Origin: an uncultured Nitrososphaerales archaeon
Lineage (GTDB): Archaea; Thermoproteota; Nitrososphaeria; Nitrososphaerales; Nitrososphaeraceae
Direction of reading: 5' to 3'
DNA length: 64,000 bases
Assembly (NCBI GenBank): GCA_963709405.1
Contig: CAVPXM010000021.1
Location: forward strand, 160,001 to 224,000
The notes beneath the pieces are model-generated. The model saw nothing but the letters and a program-made list of their open reading frames with translations, was not told the origin of the DNA and made no database searches. The translations under genes and the position numbers were made by a program. Positions 33,485 through 44,764 of the stretch are shown one piece after another; the stretch's first letter is position 1, and every line of letters begins with the position of its first letter.

Positions 33485-33916
33485 CTATATTTCTAACGGC
33501 TTGAGCGAATAAATAGATTGTTTATTATCATGAACTGGTTTGTAGAATGACTGTTGCGACACTGCTTGCAATGGAAGATTGGGTTGGTAAGATGACGGTT
33601 GCAGTTTGTATGAATCGTAATTATTATAATTCTTATTAGAATTGCAACTATTATTATAAGTTTCATGGAAATAATTGGGATAGGCGGCATTATTATTATA
33701 ATCCTGAGTTTTTTTATTGTTGTTCTTTCTAAATAATAAAGGATCAGTTGGCTCAGTGAATCTACCATTTTGCCTACCAATCATATATTCAAACGGTCTG
33801 ACGATCATACTGTTCCCAGCGTGAAGATTTTTGTTGTGTCTGCTAGCCGTTGACCTTCTTGTAAAACCGTCGCCACATATTGTACATACCCATCTATGTT
33901 CACTAGTCATATACAT
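33485..33916 (-). CDS. C2H2 zinc-finger protein with Asn/Tyr/Gln-rich low-complexity tail
   Basis: WVCTICGDGFTRRSTASRHNKNLH. Confidence 0.7.
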   Translation of the reverse strand: MYMTSEHRWVCTICGDGFTRRSTASRHNKNLHAGNSMIVRPFEYMIGRQNGRFTEPTDPLLFRKNNNKKTQDYNNNAAYPNYFHETYNNSCNSNKNYNNYDSYKLQPSSYQPNLPLQAVSQQSFYKPVHDNKQSIYSLKPLEI

Positions 33917-34375
33917 TATAATTTAGCATAGTCTGTCTTTAAATAGAAAATAATAATATCAACAGGGTGCCACACTGCGTAGCACTGGGAAACCGCGTCC
34001 ATAGATATAAATTGTGAATGCTGGATTCTGTGGTGAACCTCTTACATTTGATGTGTAACAATTACGTACTTCAATAAATCAAGAACTTGTGGAAATCAGA
34101 GCCATAATATGAATAGGTGAGCATTTATTACCACAAGGGCTTTGAACACATATTGATATTTAGACATCGCGATCTATACTCTCTTTACAATAATTAGGAC
34201 ATAATTACTAATTCTGTCTTGCTTCATTATTCTTTTGCTGATAGTCAATTTTACATAAAACTTCGGCATTATCCAACCATAATAGTTTTGTTGAAATTCA
34301 TGAATAATATGCATTATTGTGACAATTACCTAGTGTATTAGTAAACAATAAGTATCTAGGCTTGCAATTCTTGCT

Positions 34376-35251
34376 ATGGAATTTTTTGATACAAGCATAG
34401 TAGAACATATTGAGATGAAAATGATCAGGCCATCTCAGTACGCGGTAAGGAATAAATTTCAAAAAATTTCACCAGAAGATGATACTCTAGTTGCAAGTAT
34501 ACGAGAACATGGATTACTTCAGCCTATCCTGATTAGACCGTTTGCACAAGGTTTTGAGATTGTAGCTGGACACAGAAGATTTCAAGCTTGCAGGTCACTC
34601 CGGTGTCGTTTTATACCATGCAAGATACGTGAAATGTCTGACAAGGATGCTTACGAGATTCAGCTTACAGAAAACATGCAACGCAAAGCTATGGATGCGA
34701 TCGAGGAGGCCGAAGCATTCAGAAGATATGTAGTTGACTTTGGCTGGGGTGGCGTGAGTGAACTTGCAAGGAAAATAGGAATGAGTGAGGAATATGTTTC
34801 ACACAGGATTCAATTATTAAAATTGCCAGAAAATGTCAAGGAACAAATTGCTATGAGCAGGTTAAATGTAAGCTGCGCGATAGAACTTTCAAACATTCCT
34901 CAGGATGCACAATCCGAGGTTATTGAACACGTGACTAACAATAATTTGACAGTGAGGCAATTAAGGGAAATCAAGTCTCGCTTAAAGAATAGGGCTGGTC
35001 CACTAGATCTAGAGTCGTCGAATAATCTCAAAAAATCTATACGAATTTTGAAAGTTACAAAAAAGACAATGTTGGCGCTAAAGATCATGCTCGCCAGATT
35101 AGACAGTCTTATAGACGAGATACATGAAACAATAGAACCTGCTCAAAGAGGTGAAATTATTAATTTTTTGATGGAAACCAGATTGAAGGTTCATGGTATG
35201 ATTGATGATGCGATAAGGTTTAGAAACTCAAAATCGAAGGTGAGGGGATGA
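34376..35251 (+). CDS. ParB/Spo0J-family protein
   Basis: SIREHGLLQPI, VAGHRR, ENMQR, HTH ELARKIGMSEEYVS.R..LL.LP. Confidence 0.9.
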   Translation: MEFFDTSIVEHIEMKMIRPSQYAVRNKFQKISPEDDTLVASIREHGLLQPILIRPFAQGFEIVAGHRRFQACRSLRCRFIPCKIREMSDKDAYEIQLTENMQRKAMDAIEEAEAFRRYVVDFGWGGVSELARKIGMSEEYVSHRIQLLKLPENVKEQIAMSRLNVSCAIELSNIPQDAQSEVIEHVTNNNLTVRQLREIKSRLKNRAGPLDLESSNNLKKSIRILKVTKKTMLALKIMLARLDSLIDEIHETIEPAQRGEIINFLMETRLKVHGMIDDAIRFRNSKSKVRG

Positions 35252-35296
35252 TGGGTGGTTGTCTATGTCGAAAATCCAGATGTGGTAAGTCCTAGA

Positions 35297-35842
35297 CTAC
35301 CTGCCAAGAAATGGAGGGATCCATTCGGCTAAAAACTTTTGGTACTCATTGATGGTATGAGTAAGTGCATGAATTGATAACTCCTTCATAGGTACGAAGT
35401 CATATACTTCGTACGACTGAATAATATCTCCAAAAAGATTTCTGTATATATCACTTTCTTCATCAGCAATCTCTTCATTCAAAAAGCATTGAATAGTTAT
35501 CCAGTCATACCCTCCTCTTGTTCGTCCACAATACAGGATGAATGGTGCATCAGCAAGGTATTTTTTTAGACCTTCTAGTCGCTTGGGAAGATGTTGAGAT
35601 ATCTTAAATCGTACAAGTGCAACTCTTATAATTCTACGTGTCACCTTCTTCGTATCGATTGAAATTGTATACCGTGAGATCACTCTTTCCTCTTCTAGTT
35701 TAGTGATTCTAGAATCGATCTCATCTTCGCTCAAATTATAGCCATGATCTCTGAGATAATCCCAAATCTCTGCAGTATCTTGTCTCGAATTCTTACTTAG
35801 GGTAGAAAGAATTAACTCATCAACAACGTCAATCATGAACAT
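35297..35842 (-). CDS. Lrp/AsnC-family transcriptional regulator
   Basis: N-terminal D.VDELIL..L..NSR...RI.KLEEE.VI..Y HTH; RAM-like C-terminal domain. Confidence 0.75.
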   Translation of the reverse strand: MFMIDVVDELILSTLSKNSRQDTAEIWDYLRDHGYNLSEDEIDSRITKLEEERVISRYTISIDTKKVTRRIIRVALVRFKISQHLPKRLEGLKKYLADAPFILYCGRTRGGYDWITIQCFLNEEIADEESDIYRNLFGDIIQSYEVYDFVPMKELSIHALTHTINEYQKFLAEWIPPFLGR

Positions 35843-36037
35843 CAGTGTATTACCAATCTAGTTTAAAGAGACTTTATGATTTTTAGATTATAAAATAGGA
35901 CAGGGAATACTGGATCCAACTGACGCGTACCGCGGTAAGTTGCATTTCGGTAGAACTCTACATATCTTAATTATTTCAATACATCGAGTCGTTCTAAGTC
36001 TATATTTAAATACATGAAAATCGTTGCTGAGTTAACA

Positions 36038-36899
36038 TTGGCTCCTATACTCTCAGAAGGTAAGGGTACGGGATACTTTTTGGAGTTGGCTTAGTGATGG
36101 CAATCGTGGTAACATTGTTAGTAAGGGCAGAGAGCAAATGGCTTGGGACCAAGAAGACTTTTGAATGGTTCTATGCTGGAGGAAGATATGTCAAGAGTGG
36201 CCTAATAGCCGCCTCTGTCGTCTCATCTTGGACATGGACTGCTACCCTTCTTCAATCATCAAGTGTTGCTTACCAATTTGGCATAAGTGGACCGTTTTGG
36301 TATGCTGCCGGCGCAAGCATTCAGATACTATTGTTTGCGATATTAGCAATAGAACTGAAAAGAAGAGCGCCTTCGTCTCACACTTTTCCAGAAATAATTT
36401 ATCATCGTTTTAAGAAAAATGCCCATATAGTTTTCCTATCCTTTGGGCTTATGACAAATACCATTGTGACTGCAATGCTTATTTTGGGTGGAGCGAGCTG
36501 TAATAAATTCACTCACAGGAATCAACATCTATGTTGCGGCGTTCCTCATGCCAGTAGGGGTTATTATATACACGTTTTTCGGTGGTTTAAAAGCAACATT
36601 TTTTTGCTGAATATCTGAACACCGCGTTCATTTTTGGGGTAATATTGATTTTTGTAACCGTGATTTATTTTACAAATGAAGAAATTGGTGGTGTGGCAGG
36701 CCTTTACAACAAGCTTACAAACGCAGCGTCCATCAGACCGGTAAGTGGAAATTCTGGAGGCGCGTTCCTTACCATTGCATCTTCTGGAGCATTAGTTTTT
36801 GGAATTATAAATATAGTCGGAAATTTTGGTACTGTATTTGTAGATCAGGCTTATTGGCAGAAGGCTATTGCTGGAAGACCTAAAGCAGCGGTAAGCTAA
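36038..36899 (+). pseudogene. Truncated urea active transporter (DUR3-like, solute:sodium symporter family)
   Basis: SSWTWTATLLQSS, GISGPFWYAAGA, GGLKATF, GNFGTVFVDQAYWQ. Several frameshifts, and the gene stops after roughly 285 codons. Confidence 0.85.
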
Positions 36900-36901
36900 G
36901 A

Positions 36902-37021
36902 AATCACGTTGACATGATCATAATGGGCACAAGAGGATTAGGCAATGCGACATTAGATCTGGGTTCTATTAGCGGTAAGGTAGTAGGCAGGTCGTCAATA
37001 CCAGTCCTATTAATAAAATAA
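36902..37021 (+). pseudogene. C-terminal remnant of a universal stress protein (UspA)
   Basis: Manual translation NHVDMIIMGTRGLGNATLDLGSISGKVVGRSSIPVLLIK*. Confidence 0.75.
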
Positions 37022-37231
37022 TTGGATTGCCACAATAGCACATTTGGCTGTTGTTTGAGAGTAAATAGAAATAGATTCAATCCCTACGCCTTGTGACCTT
37101 TAATAGATGTAGGAGGGCCGTCTCTATTATTTTGTTGCTCTGCTATCATTTTAGCTACGCACGACGTGCGAAAGAACGTTGACCTGATATACGTCGTTAG
37201 ATATAACTTTGTTATCAATTTACTCGAGTCG

Positions 37232-37261
37232 AAGATAAGATAAGATAAGATAAGATAAGAT
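37232..37261. repeat. (AAGAT)6 tandem repeat
   Basis: Six perfect pentamer copies upstream of the urea channel gene. Confidence 0.85.
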
Positions 37262-37503
37262 GCAGGTGGTTGGAAGTCGGTGTAGCCGAAACATACGTCC
37301 CATTCGAGGTCCTGTCTTCACTTTCATTAGTAGACGTCGACTAAGTATTGACTGCTGATCAACTCCATTGGAAGTAGTCAGTTAATACTGTTCCGACTTT
37401 TCCACAAGTAAATATGCGCCAGTTGCCATGTTCTAGTAACACGGTTAATAAATGCGCATAATTTACAAATCGTTAAAATATACCTCTGCAGAAGAAACTT
37501 GAA

Positions 37504-38682
37504 TTGATGGAAGTATTTCACTCGATCATGCCCATAATTACGGCTATTGCACCAATAGTAGGATCGGCTAATTACGCAACAGGAAATCCTTTCTTGGATT
37601 TCTTCTATACCTTGTTTAATGGTATTTCTGAAGTTCCGTTATTTAGTTCGCCAGTTACAGGAATTCTAATCGTTTCAGGAGTCTTTCTTGCATCGAGAAA
37701 GGCAGGAGCAATGATGGTTCTGTCCGGTCTAATCGGAGCCGCAGTGGCCATCATATTGGGTGCGTCCTATACTAATGTTGCCTTTGGCCTGTTTGGTTAC
37801 AACTCAATCTTAACCGGCATGGCATTTTGGTCTGGTCCGTTCGTGAAAGCTAACAAAGCCACATTCTGGCTATCTGTGTTTGGGGCCGCGATTACCGCAG
37901 TAGTGTGGCAGGCATTTGGTCACTGGATGGGTGACATATTCGTTAATGGTGGGCATGGTTGGGCAATACCTGGATTTACATCATCATTCATATTTACTAC
38001 CTGGGCGATGATGTATGCATCGAGAAGGTACGGGCACGATATTTGGCCCGAAATGCCACCGCCAGAAAAGGAAGTGCTGATAAGCGGAAGTGCGAATCCT
38101 GTACCCTCTGCTCCGTTCAAGTGGACAGCCAAGGAATTCATGATGGCAACCTTGAAAGGTGTCTCACAAGTAACATTTGTCGAAAACTGGAAAACAGGTA
38201 TCTTTTGGGTTGTTGGACTAACGCTAGCTTTCGAGCTTGCTCCAATAGTAACAACTGGAACTGGTGTCCAAGTTCGCCCCTGGTGGACGGATGCTTATAC
38301 TGCAGGCTGGAACCCGTTATCACCTCTGTATCTTGGAGGGTTAATGGCACTAATCGGTTCGGCAATCGGAGCAGCTTTAGCTATCCTAACCAAGTTACCT
38401 ACTGGAGAAATAAGGATAGGTCTACATGGATTTAATCAGGTCTTGGTGATGATTGCACTTACTTCATTCCTTCCCTTGACTCCGCAGACCTTTTTCATGG
38501 CCGTATTGGCCACAGTAACATGTTCAGTTGTGGTCATGCCAGCGCTACAAAGATTCTTTGGGACATGGGGATTACCTGCGCTAACTGGTCCGTTCGTGTT
38601 CACGGCCTGGGTTTGGATGATTGCGACAGCTGGATTCATGCATATCCCGGCAGGCATAGGGTGGTCAAGACCTCCATCCTGA
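37504..38682 (+). CDS. Urea transporter (UT/Yut channel family)
   Basis: Two homologous halves (NGISEV..., KGVSQV.FVENW.TG; GLFGYN / GLHGFN; LPALT.PF); adjacent to urease. Confidence 0.88.
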   Translation: MMEVFHSIMPIITAIAPIVGSANYATGNPFLDFFYTLFNGISEVPLFSSPVTGILIVSGVFLASRKAGAMMVLSGLIGAAVAIILGASYTNVAFGLFGYNSILTGMAFWSGPFVKANKATFWLSVFGAAITAVVWQAFGHWMGDIFVNGGHGWAIPGFTSSFIFTTWAMMYASRRYGHDIWPEMPPPEKEVLISGSANPVPSAPFKWTAKEFMMATLKGVSQVTFVENWKTGIFWVVGLTLAFELAPIVTTGTGVQVRPWWTDAYTAGWNPLSPLYLGGLMALIGSAIGAALAILTKLPTGEIRIGLHGFNQVLVMIALTSFLPLTPQTFFMAVLATVTCSVVVMPALQRFFGTWGLPALTGPFVFTAWVWMIATAGFMHIPAGIGWSRPPS

Positions 38683-38986
38683 TAAACGAATCATAGTCTT
38701 ATCAGTCTCAAAGTTAAACACTTTTGGTGTTCAGAACCTATATCAAGCTGAGTCAAGGTATGTGCATTCTAGAGATGTATGCTAAATACTAACAAGCTAA
38801 CCCTGCTTGGAGAAAAGTACATTTAGCTCTCATCTATTAGCTTTCAAACTATTTAATTTTCGTATCCCCGGAAGGAAGTTATAATGACAATCGCAATAAT
38901 AAAGTCAATATACTTCAGTATAAGTCAGTAGTAATAATCAAACATATATTTAGATAATCTAGATCCAAATAATATGGTGCACCTTT

Positions 38987-39574
38987 GTGAAACCTGAACA
39001 GTTTAGCCAATTTCTAGGATATGCCAAGGATATTCTAGTCGGCAAATCTGATTCGGAAAAGGTCATGATACTTATTGACTGGTGTAAACATCATGATATC
39101 GAAGAAACGATCCTGAGATTAAGTTCTGAAACCAAAGGTGGCTGGGGAAAGAATCTTCGTCTAGATTTTACGACGAGCAGAATAATTGTCAGCCGAAAAA
39201 GCATACTAAGAAAATTCGTAGATCTGGGTTACGTCGCTGGAATGGCTCCATATCCATTTTTACTTTTAAAAAATAAAGTAAGGGAATCGGACTTCAGATC
39301 AAACTCATGTGTTATCAATCCACAGGCATTGCTAGAAGACGATCCTTCGAATTTTTGCATCGAATATTCCAAAATAGACAATTTTCTATTAAGAAGAGGA
39401 TTGGAAACGACTGTTACGAATATGCTCGGTAGGATGATACAATCAAACTTCATCACAATCAAATCTCAAAATAAAGTCTATAATTTTACTTTGCCAGTCA
39501 ACAAAAATGGAAATTATGAGAAGATTGTATTCTGGCTCAATGTTGTCGTTCCAGTAAGCATATCTACGCATTGA
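38987..39574 (+). CDS. Hypothetical protein in the urea cluster
   Basis: 195-aa ORF between the urea channel and ureA. Confidence 0.65.
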   Translation: MKPEQFSQFLGYAKDILVGKSDSEKVMILIDWCKHHDIEETILRLSSETKGGWGKNLRLDFTTSRIIVSRKSILRKFVDLGYVAGMAPYPFLLLKNKVRESDFRSNSCVINPQALLEDDPSNFCIEYSKIDNFLLRRGLETTVTNMLGRMIQSNFITIKSQNKVYNFTLPVNKNGNYEKIVFWLNVVVPVSISTH

Positions 39575-39710
39575 AGAAAGTTTAGTCGACATCTACTGAT
39601 CAGACTTCACTTCTAGTGTATCCATGAATAAACTACATTTTTGCTACATTTAAACTACTTCTACACTTAAATATTTCAGTTCTGTTCTATAGAATGAGGT
39701 AATAGAAAAA

Positions 39711-40013
39711 TTGATGTTAGCACCAAGGGAAATGGAGAAGATGGTGATTTGGACTGCTGCACAGATTGCAGAAGGACGAAAGAAAAGAGGTATAAAGCTT
39801 AACTATCCTGAAGCCATTGCGTACATCGCAAACTACGTTGTAGAAGGCGCTCGAGAGGGTAAAAGGGTTGCTGATTTGATGAAATCTGCAAGGGAAGTAT
39901 TGAAAAGTGCTGACGTAATGAAGGGCGTTCCGGAGATGATACATACTGTTCAGGTAGAGGCCACGTTTCCAGATGGCACTAAATTGGTCACAGTGCATGA
40001 TCCAGTTCATTAG
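39711..40013 (+). CDS. ureA: Urease gamma subunit
   Basis: [22 protein letters not shown]. Confidence 0.97.
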   Translation: MMLAPREMEKMVIWTAAQIAEGRKKRGIKLNYPEAIAYIANYVVEGAREGKRVADLMKSAREVLKSADVMKGVPEMIHTVQVEATFPDGTKLVTVHDPVH

Positions 40014-40086
40014 GTGATGTGCAATTGGTTAATCGAACAAGCATGAGCACTAAAAAAAACGAATATCAGAGGAGGCTTCTAGGCGA

Positions 40087-40455
40087 ATGATTCCAGGAGA
40101 ATATATTTTATCACAGAGTCCAGTTAATTGCAACGAGAACAAAAAGACAATAAAAATTAATGTCAAGAACGCCGGAGATAGACCTTGTCAGGTTGGTTCA
40201 CATACCCACTTCTTCGAAGTAAATAGAGCGCTTGATTTTCCTAGAGAGAAAGCATTTGGATTCAGGTTGAACATTCCTGCAGGAACTTCTGTAAGATTTG
40301 AGCCAGGTGATGTAAAGGAGGTTGAGTTATGCGAATTAGGAGGATCTCGTGTTGTGCACGGATTCAACGGTCTTGTTATGGGCGGATTAAATTCAACCGT
40401 AGCCAAGAACGTGGCACTGGAAAAGGCGAGGAAACAGGGATTTAGAGGAGCATAA
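40087..40455 (+). CDS. ureB: Urease beta subunit
   Basis: [30 protein letters not shown]. Confidence 0.97.
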   Translation: MIPGEYILSQSPVNCNENKKTIKINVKNAGDRPCQVGSHTHFFEVNRALDFPREKAFGFRLNIPAGTSVRFEPGDVKEVELCELGGSRVVHGFNGLVMGGLNSTVAKNVALEKARKQGFRGA

Positions 40456-40471
40456 GGGGAGAGGATAAATA

Positions 40472-42199
40472 ATGGTTCTCAAACTAACTCGCAAACAGTA
40501 TACAGATTTATTCGGCCCGACAACTGGAGACAAGGTCAGACTGGGAGATTCGGATTTATTGATTGAGATAGAAAAGGATTTCATAACACCAGGAGATGAG
40601 TGTGTCTTTGGCGGTGGGAAGACTATAAGGGATGGCTTGGCACAAACCCCGGGCGTAACTAATGCAAACGGTGCGCTTGATTTTCTAATAACAAATGCCG
40701 TCATCCTTGATCCTGAAATTGGTATTGTAAAAGGAGATATTGGCATAAAGGATGGAAAGATCGCCGGAATTGGCAAGGCAGGCAATCCGAATATTATGGA
40801 TAAGGTGAGTAAGAATATGGTGGTATCAGCTTGCACGGAAGCAACTGCAGGGGAGCATACGATCTGCACGCCAGGGCATTTTGACACTCACGTCCACAAC
40901 ATCTCTCCACAACAATACGTCGACGCTATTAGTGCAGGAATATGCAATATGATAGGTGGAGGTACTGGACCTGCAGATGGGACCAATGCTACCACTTGCA
41001 CACCAGGTGTATTCAACATTAGCCGCATGATGGAATCCGTGGAAGATACACCGATGAACTGGGGATTTCTAGGTAAGGGTAATGATTCACATCCATCTCT
41101 TGCCACGCAGATGGAACAAATAGAAGCAGGGGCCTGCGGGCTAAAAGATCATGAAGATTGGGGGACTACTGCAGCGGTCTTGGACGCATCACTCAGAGCA
41201 GTGGATCTAACAGATACCCAACTAGCTATACATACAGATTCCATTAATGAATGCGGATACGTAGAGGATACCATAAATGCAATTGACGGGCGAACTCTAC
41301 ACACCTACCACACAGAAGGGGCGGGTGGTGGACATGCTCCTGATATTATGAAGATTGCTGGTGAACCTTTCGCATTACCCTCTTCAACCAATCCAACAAG
41401 GCCATATACTGTGAATACCGTAGACGAGCATCTCGATATGCTAATGTTCTGTCATCACTTGAATCCCGCAGTCCCGGAAGATGTGCATTTTGCAGAATCT
41501 CGTATAAGAGCAGAAACAATCGCAGCTGAGGATGTCTTGCATGACGAAGGCGTGTTAAGTATGTATTCATCAGACAGTCAAGCTATGGGTAGAATAGGTG
41601 AAGTTGTGATACGTGCATGGCAGACAGCAGATAAAATGAAGAAAATGAAGGGTAGCCTGAAAGAAGACTCGGAAGGTAACGATAACTTTAGAGCAAAAAG
41701 GTATATTGCAAAAACGACAATAAATCCTGCTACTACACACGGAGTTGCAGACTACTTGGGCTCACTTGAAGTAGGAAAATATGCGGATATCGCTATGTTT
41801 TCAACAGCCTTCTTCCCAGCAAAACCAAAAATGGTCTTTAAAGGAGGGTTTATTGCATGGTCAATAATGGGAGATCCCAACGCTTCGCTTCCAACCCCCG
41901 AACCAGTATTCTACAGACCGATGTTCGGAGCACTAGGAAAAGCTGTGAAGAAAACTTGCTTTACCTTTACGTCAAAGGCGGCAGTAAAACTTGGCGTTCC
42001 AGAAAAATTAGGATTGGAGAAAATAGTCTTACCAGTAAGGAACTGTAGAAGCATTAGCAAAAGAAACATGATGTGGAATGACAAAACTCCCGAAATAACT
42101 ATTGATCCAGAAACCTATGAGGTAAGATTGGATGGCAAGATAGCAACAGTTGATCCGGCAAAAGAGCTCTCTTCTGCGCAAAGGTACTTTATGGCATAA
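40472..42199 (+). CDS. ureC: Urease alpha subunit
   Basis: [36 protein letters not shown]. Confidence 0.98.
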   Translation: MVLKLTRKQYTDLFGPTTGDKVRLGDSDLLIEIEKDFITPGDECVFGGGKTIRDGLAQTPGVTNANGALDFLITNAVILDPEIGIVKGDIGIKDGKIAGIGKAGNPNIMDKVSKNMVVSACTEATAGEHTICTPGHFDTHVHNISPQQYVDAISAGICNMIGGGTGPADGTNATTCTPGVFNISRMMESVEDTPMNWGFLGKGNDSHPSLATQMEQIEAGACGLKDHEDWGTTAAVLDASLRAVDLTDTQLAIHTDSINECGYVEDTINAIDGRTLHTYHTEGAGGGHAPDIMKIAGEPFALPSSTNPTRPYTVNTVDEHLDMLMFCHHLNPAVPEDVHFAESRIRAETIAAEDVLHDEGVLSMYSSDSQAMGRIGEVVIRAWQTADKMKKMKGSLKEDSEGNDNFRAKRYIAKTTINPATTHGVADYLGSLEVGKYADIAMFSTAFFPAKPKMVFKGGFIAWSIMGDPNASLPTPEPVFYRPMFGALGKAVKKTCFTFTSKAAVKLGVPEKLGLEKIVLPVRNCRSISKRNMMWNDKTPEITIDPETYEVRLDGKIATVDPAKELSSAQRYFMA

Positions 42200-42312
42200 T
42201 CTAGAATAAGAAAAGCCCCACTTTTTTATTATTAATATTCCCAATATCTTTATTTTGTCTGTTTAACATGTCCTTGGTAATGTCAAATACTAATTTTGGT
42301 GTGTGGAGACCT

Positions 42313-43838
42313 ATGGCAGAGAGTATTGAATTCAATGCCCTCGAATCAAACTCCAACGCAGTTATGGCCGTTGCCGATACAGTAAGGACGACTTTGGGAC
42401 CTAAAGGATTAGATAAGCTTTTGATTGATCAAGCTATGAATAAACACATATCAAATGATGGTGTAACTATTCTCCTTTCCATAAAAGCGATACATCCAGT
42501 AGCTCGGATGATCGTCGAAATAGCTGAAAGACAAGAACAGTTAGTCGGAGATGGAACAACGACAGCGGTTGTCATGGCCGCCGAAATGATTAAGGAGGGG
42601 AAGAAACTGGTCAAGGAACTTGGTGTCCATCCAACCAAGGTTGTTGAAGGAATAGATAGCGGAGTCAGACACGCATGTGAGTTGTTGGAAAGTGATGTGA
42701 AGAAAATATCAATTGATGATATCTCATTGGATCAAGTAGTAAAGACATCGTTGTCATCAAAATTGGACGGAGAACAGCTTTCGTCTCTTGTCATCTCTGC
42801 ACTTCGATCAGTTGGAAATAATGCAATGTATAACGGTTCATTTGACTTTGATAAATCAATCATGGTAATAAGGAAAACAAATATGGAAGACCGCATTGTC
42901 AGGGGAGTCGTCTTAGAGAGAAAAAGAGTCGACCCTGAGATGCCAGTTGAAATTAAAGATTCAAGAATCATGATTGCTAGACTAGATTTGAAACCTGTAA
43001 AGGAGTCTTGGCTAAAGGAAAACAGCAAATATCAAGAAATACTGAGCATGGAAACCGACAGAATGGCAAAATCGAAAAAACTAGTTGATGCAATGATTGC
43101 GACTGGTGCCAACACCTTTCTCCTTGCGTCTCCGGAGATAGATCAGGTAGTAGAAGATTTGCTTGTAACTAACAAGGTATTTGCGGTTCGAATCTCTACT
43201 GAAGAAATGGATTACTTATCTAGATATACTGGTGCGAAGATAGTTAGAATGGTAGAGGATCTCTCAAAGCCTGGCATTCTTGGAAAAGCGGATCGGGTTT
43301 TTGAGGAAGAACAAAATGCCGTTGTATGTATAGAAGGAGGCTCAGGTAAGAATATGGTTACAGTGGTTGTCTCCGGATCGACTAAAGAAACGTCGCTTGA
43401 ACGGTGGAGGGCGGCTATTGATGGAGTGAACGCTGCTGAGGCGGCGCTGAATAAGGGAGTGGTAGCAGGAGGAGGAGCCGCAGAATTGCATGTGATGGAT
43501 AAAGTAAAAAATATGAGACTAAAAGGTCTGGAGCAGGTTGGGCTTGAAGTTGTCGCGGCCGCCCTTGAAAGTATCATGAGACAAATACTCGCAAATGCAG
43601 GGTTCAATGGTTTAGAGAAGGTCATGGCGAGCGAAGGCTTCTCCTCCAGGTTTTGGTATCGACATTGATGCAGGTGAACCTGTCGATATGTGGAAGAAGG
43701 GAATTTTGGACCCGGTATTAGTAAAAACTATGGCATTAAGGGCCGTCGGGAGAGATAGCAAAATCCGTGTTGCGCATTGATAGAAACCTAGCCGCGGAGA
43801 ATTTAGACCCCCAAGCTGTTTCAGAGATTAAGAGGTGA
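42313..43838 (+). CDS. Group II chaperonin (thermosome-like) inside the urease operon; apparent frameshifts near 43632 and 43750
   Basis: TLGPKG.DK, NDGVTI, GDGTTT, GGGAAE. The manually extended C-terminus GILDP..VK...LRIDRNLAAE ends at TGA 43838. Confidence 0.9.
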
Positions 43839-44209
43839 GTAAGGGGGGTTTGTTGATACGTCACTGCGTAGAAGAGGCCAACATTGATGAGAACCTGCAT
43901 GTACTTGATCCGTCTCGTATAAGGCATGTTGTGGTTGTTGCAGGAAAGATAGAATCCATGTCAGGGATGATTGATCCGGCATCTCACCTTAATTTGGATT
44001 ATCCAGATCATAGGGTTACGTCTTGTATCGTGGCCGAAAAATTTGAAATTGGTGCAAAGGTAAAGATAGTAGAAGCCGGTCTGGTATTTGCTGTAGTTGA
44101 TGCATCAAAGTTCGAGCACTATGGTTATGTTGACTATACTCAAAGGTTATTTGACATGATTGATGCCGTAAAGAAGATTGGCCTACCAAAAGAAACCAAG
44201 ATAAGATAA
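43835..44209 (+). CDS. Hypothetical protein, translationally coupled to the chaperonin
   Basis: 124-aa ORF whose GTG overlaps the chaperonin TGA (GTGA); precedes ureE. Confidence 0.75.
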   Translation: MSKGGLLIRHCVEEANIDENLHVLDPSRIRHVVVVAGKIESMSGMIDPASHLNLDYPDHRVTSCIVAEKFEIGAKVKIVEAGLVFAVVDASKFEHYGYVDYTQRLFDMIDAVKKIGLPKETKIR

Positions 44210-44248
44210 GACAAGAAAGGATAAGATATACAGAGGATAATAGACAAT

Positions 44249-44764
44249 ATGATTACAATTAATTCCGTACTTGGAAATTTCAACAAAGATTTGGGGCTTC
44301 AAGAAAAACATAAACAAATGTCAAAAATGAATTTGTGTGAAACTATCAGGATTCATAGATCAGAGTCGCAACGTGTCAGAATGAGAAAGACATCCGATAA
44401 AGGGACAGATATTGCCCTTACGTTACCACAAGGAACTCAACTGAGACATAATGATGTCGTAATGTTGACTCAGGATAAGATGATCGTTGTCGAAATAGAG
44501 CCTGAAAATGTTGCTTTGGTTATGATTAAAGAAAATATTGGTGGTATGGAATCCTTAGAAATACCAGTAAGAATAGGCCACACGATTGGAAACCTGCATA
44601 GACCCATAAGGATAGATGGACGAAAAATCTATTTTCCAGTACAGGCAGATACAGAGATAGAGATGTTTAGAAGACTTCTTGATCCGGTAATAGACCATAT
44701 TGAAATAAGTAAGATTCAGATGGTCTTTGAACCTGAAGAAGGAACGCATATACATGAACATTAA
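44249..44764 (+). CDS. ureE: Urease accessory protein UreE
   Basis: R.R...D.G..I, GH.IGNLH.P, His-containing tail HIHEH. Confidence 0.9.
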   Translation: MITINSVLGNFNKDLGLQEKHKQMSKMNLCETIRIHRSESQRVRMRKTSDKGTDIALTLPQGTQLRHNDVVMLTQDKMIVVEIEPENVALVMIKENIGGMESLEIPVRIGHTIGNLHRPIRIDGRKIYFPVQADTEIEMFRRLLDPVIDHIEISKIQMVFEPEEGTHIHEH

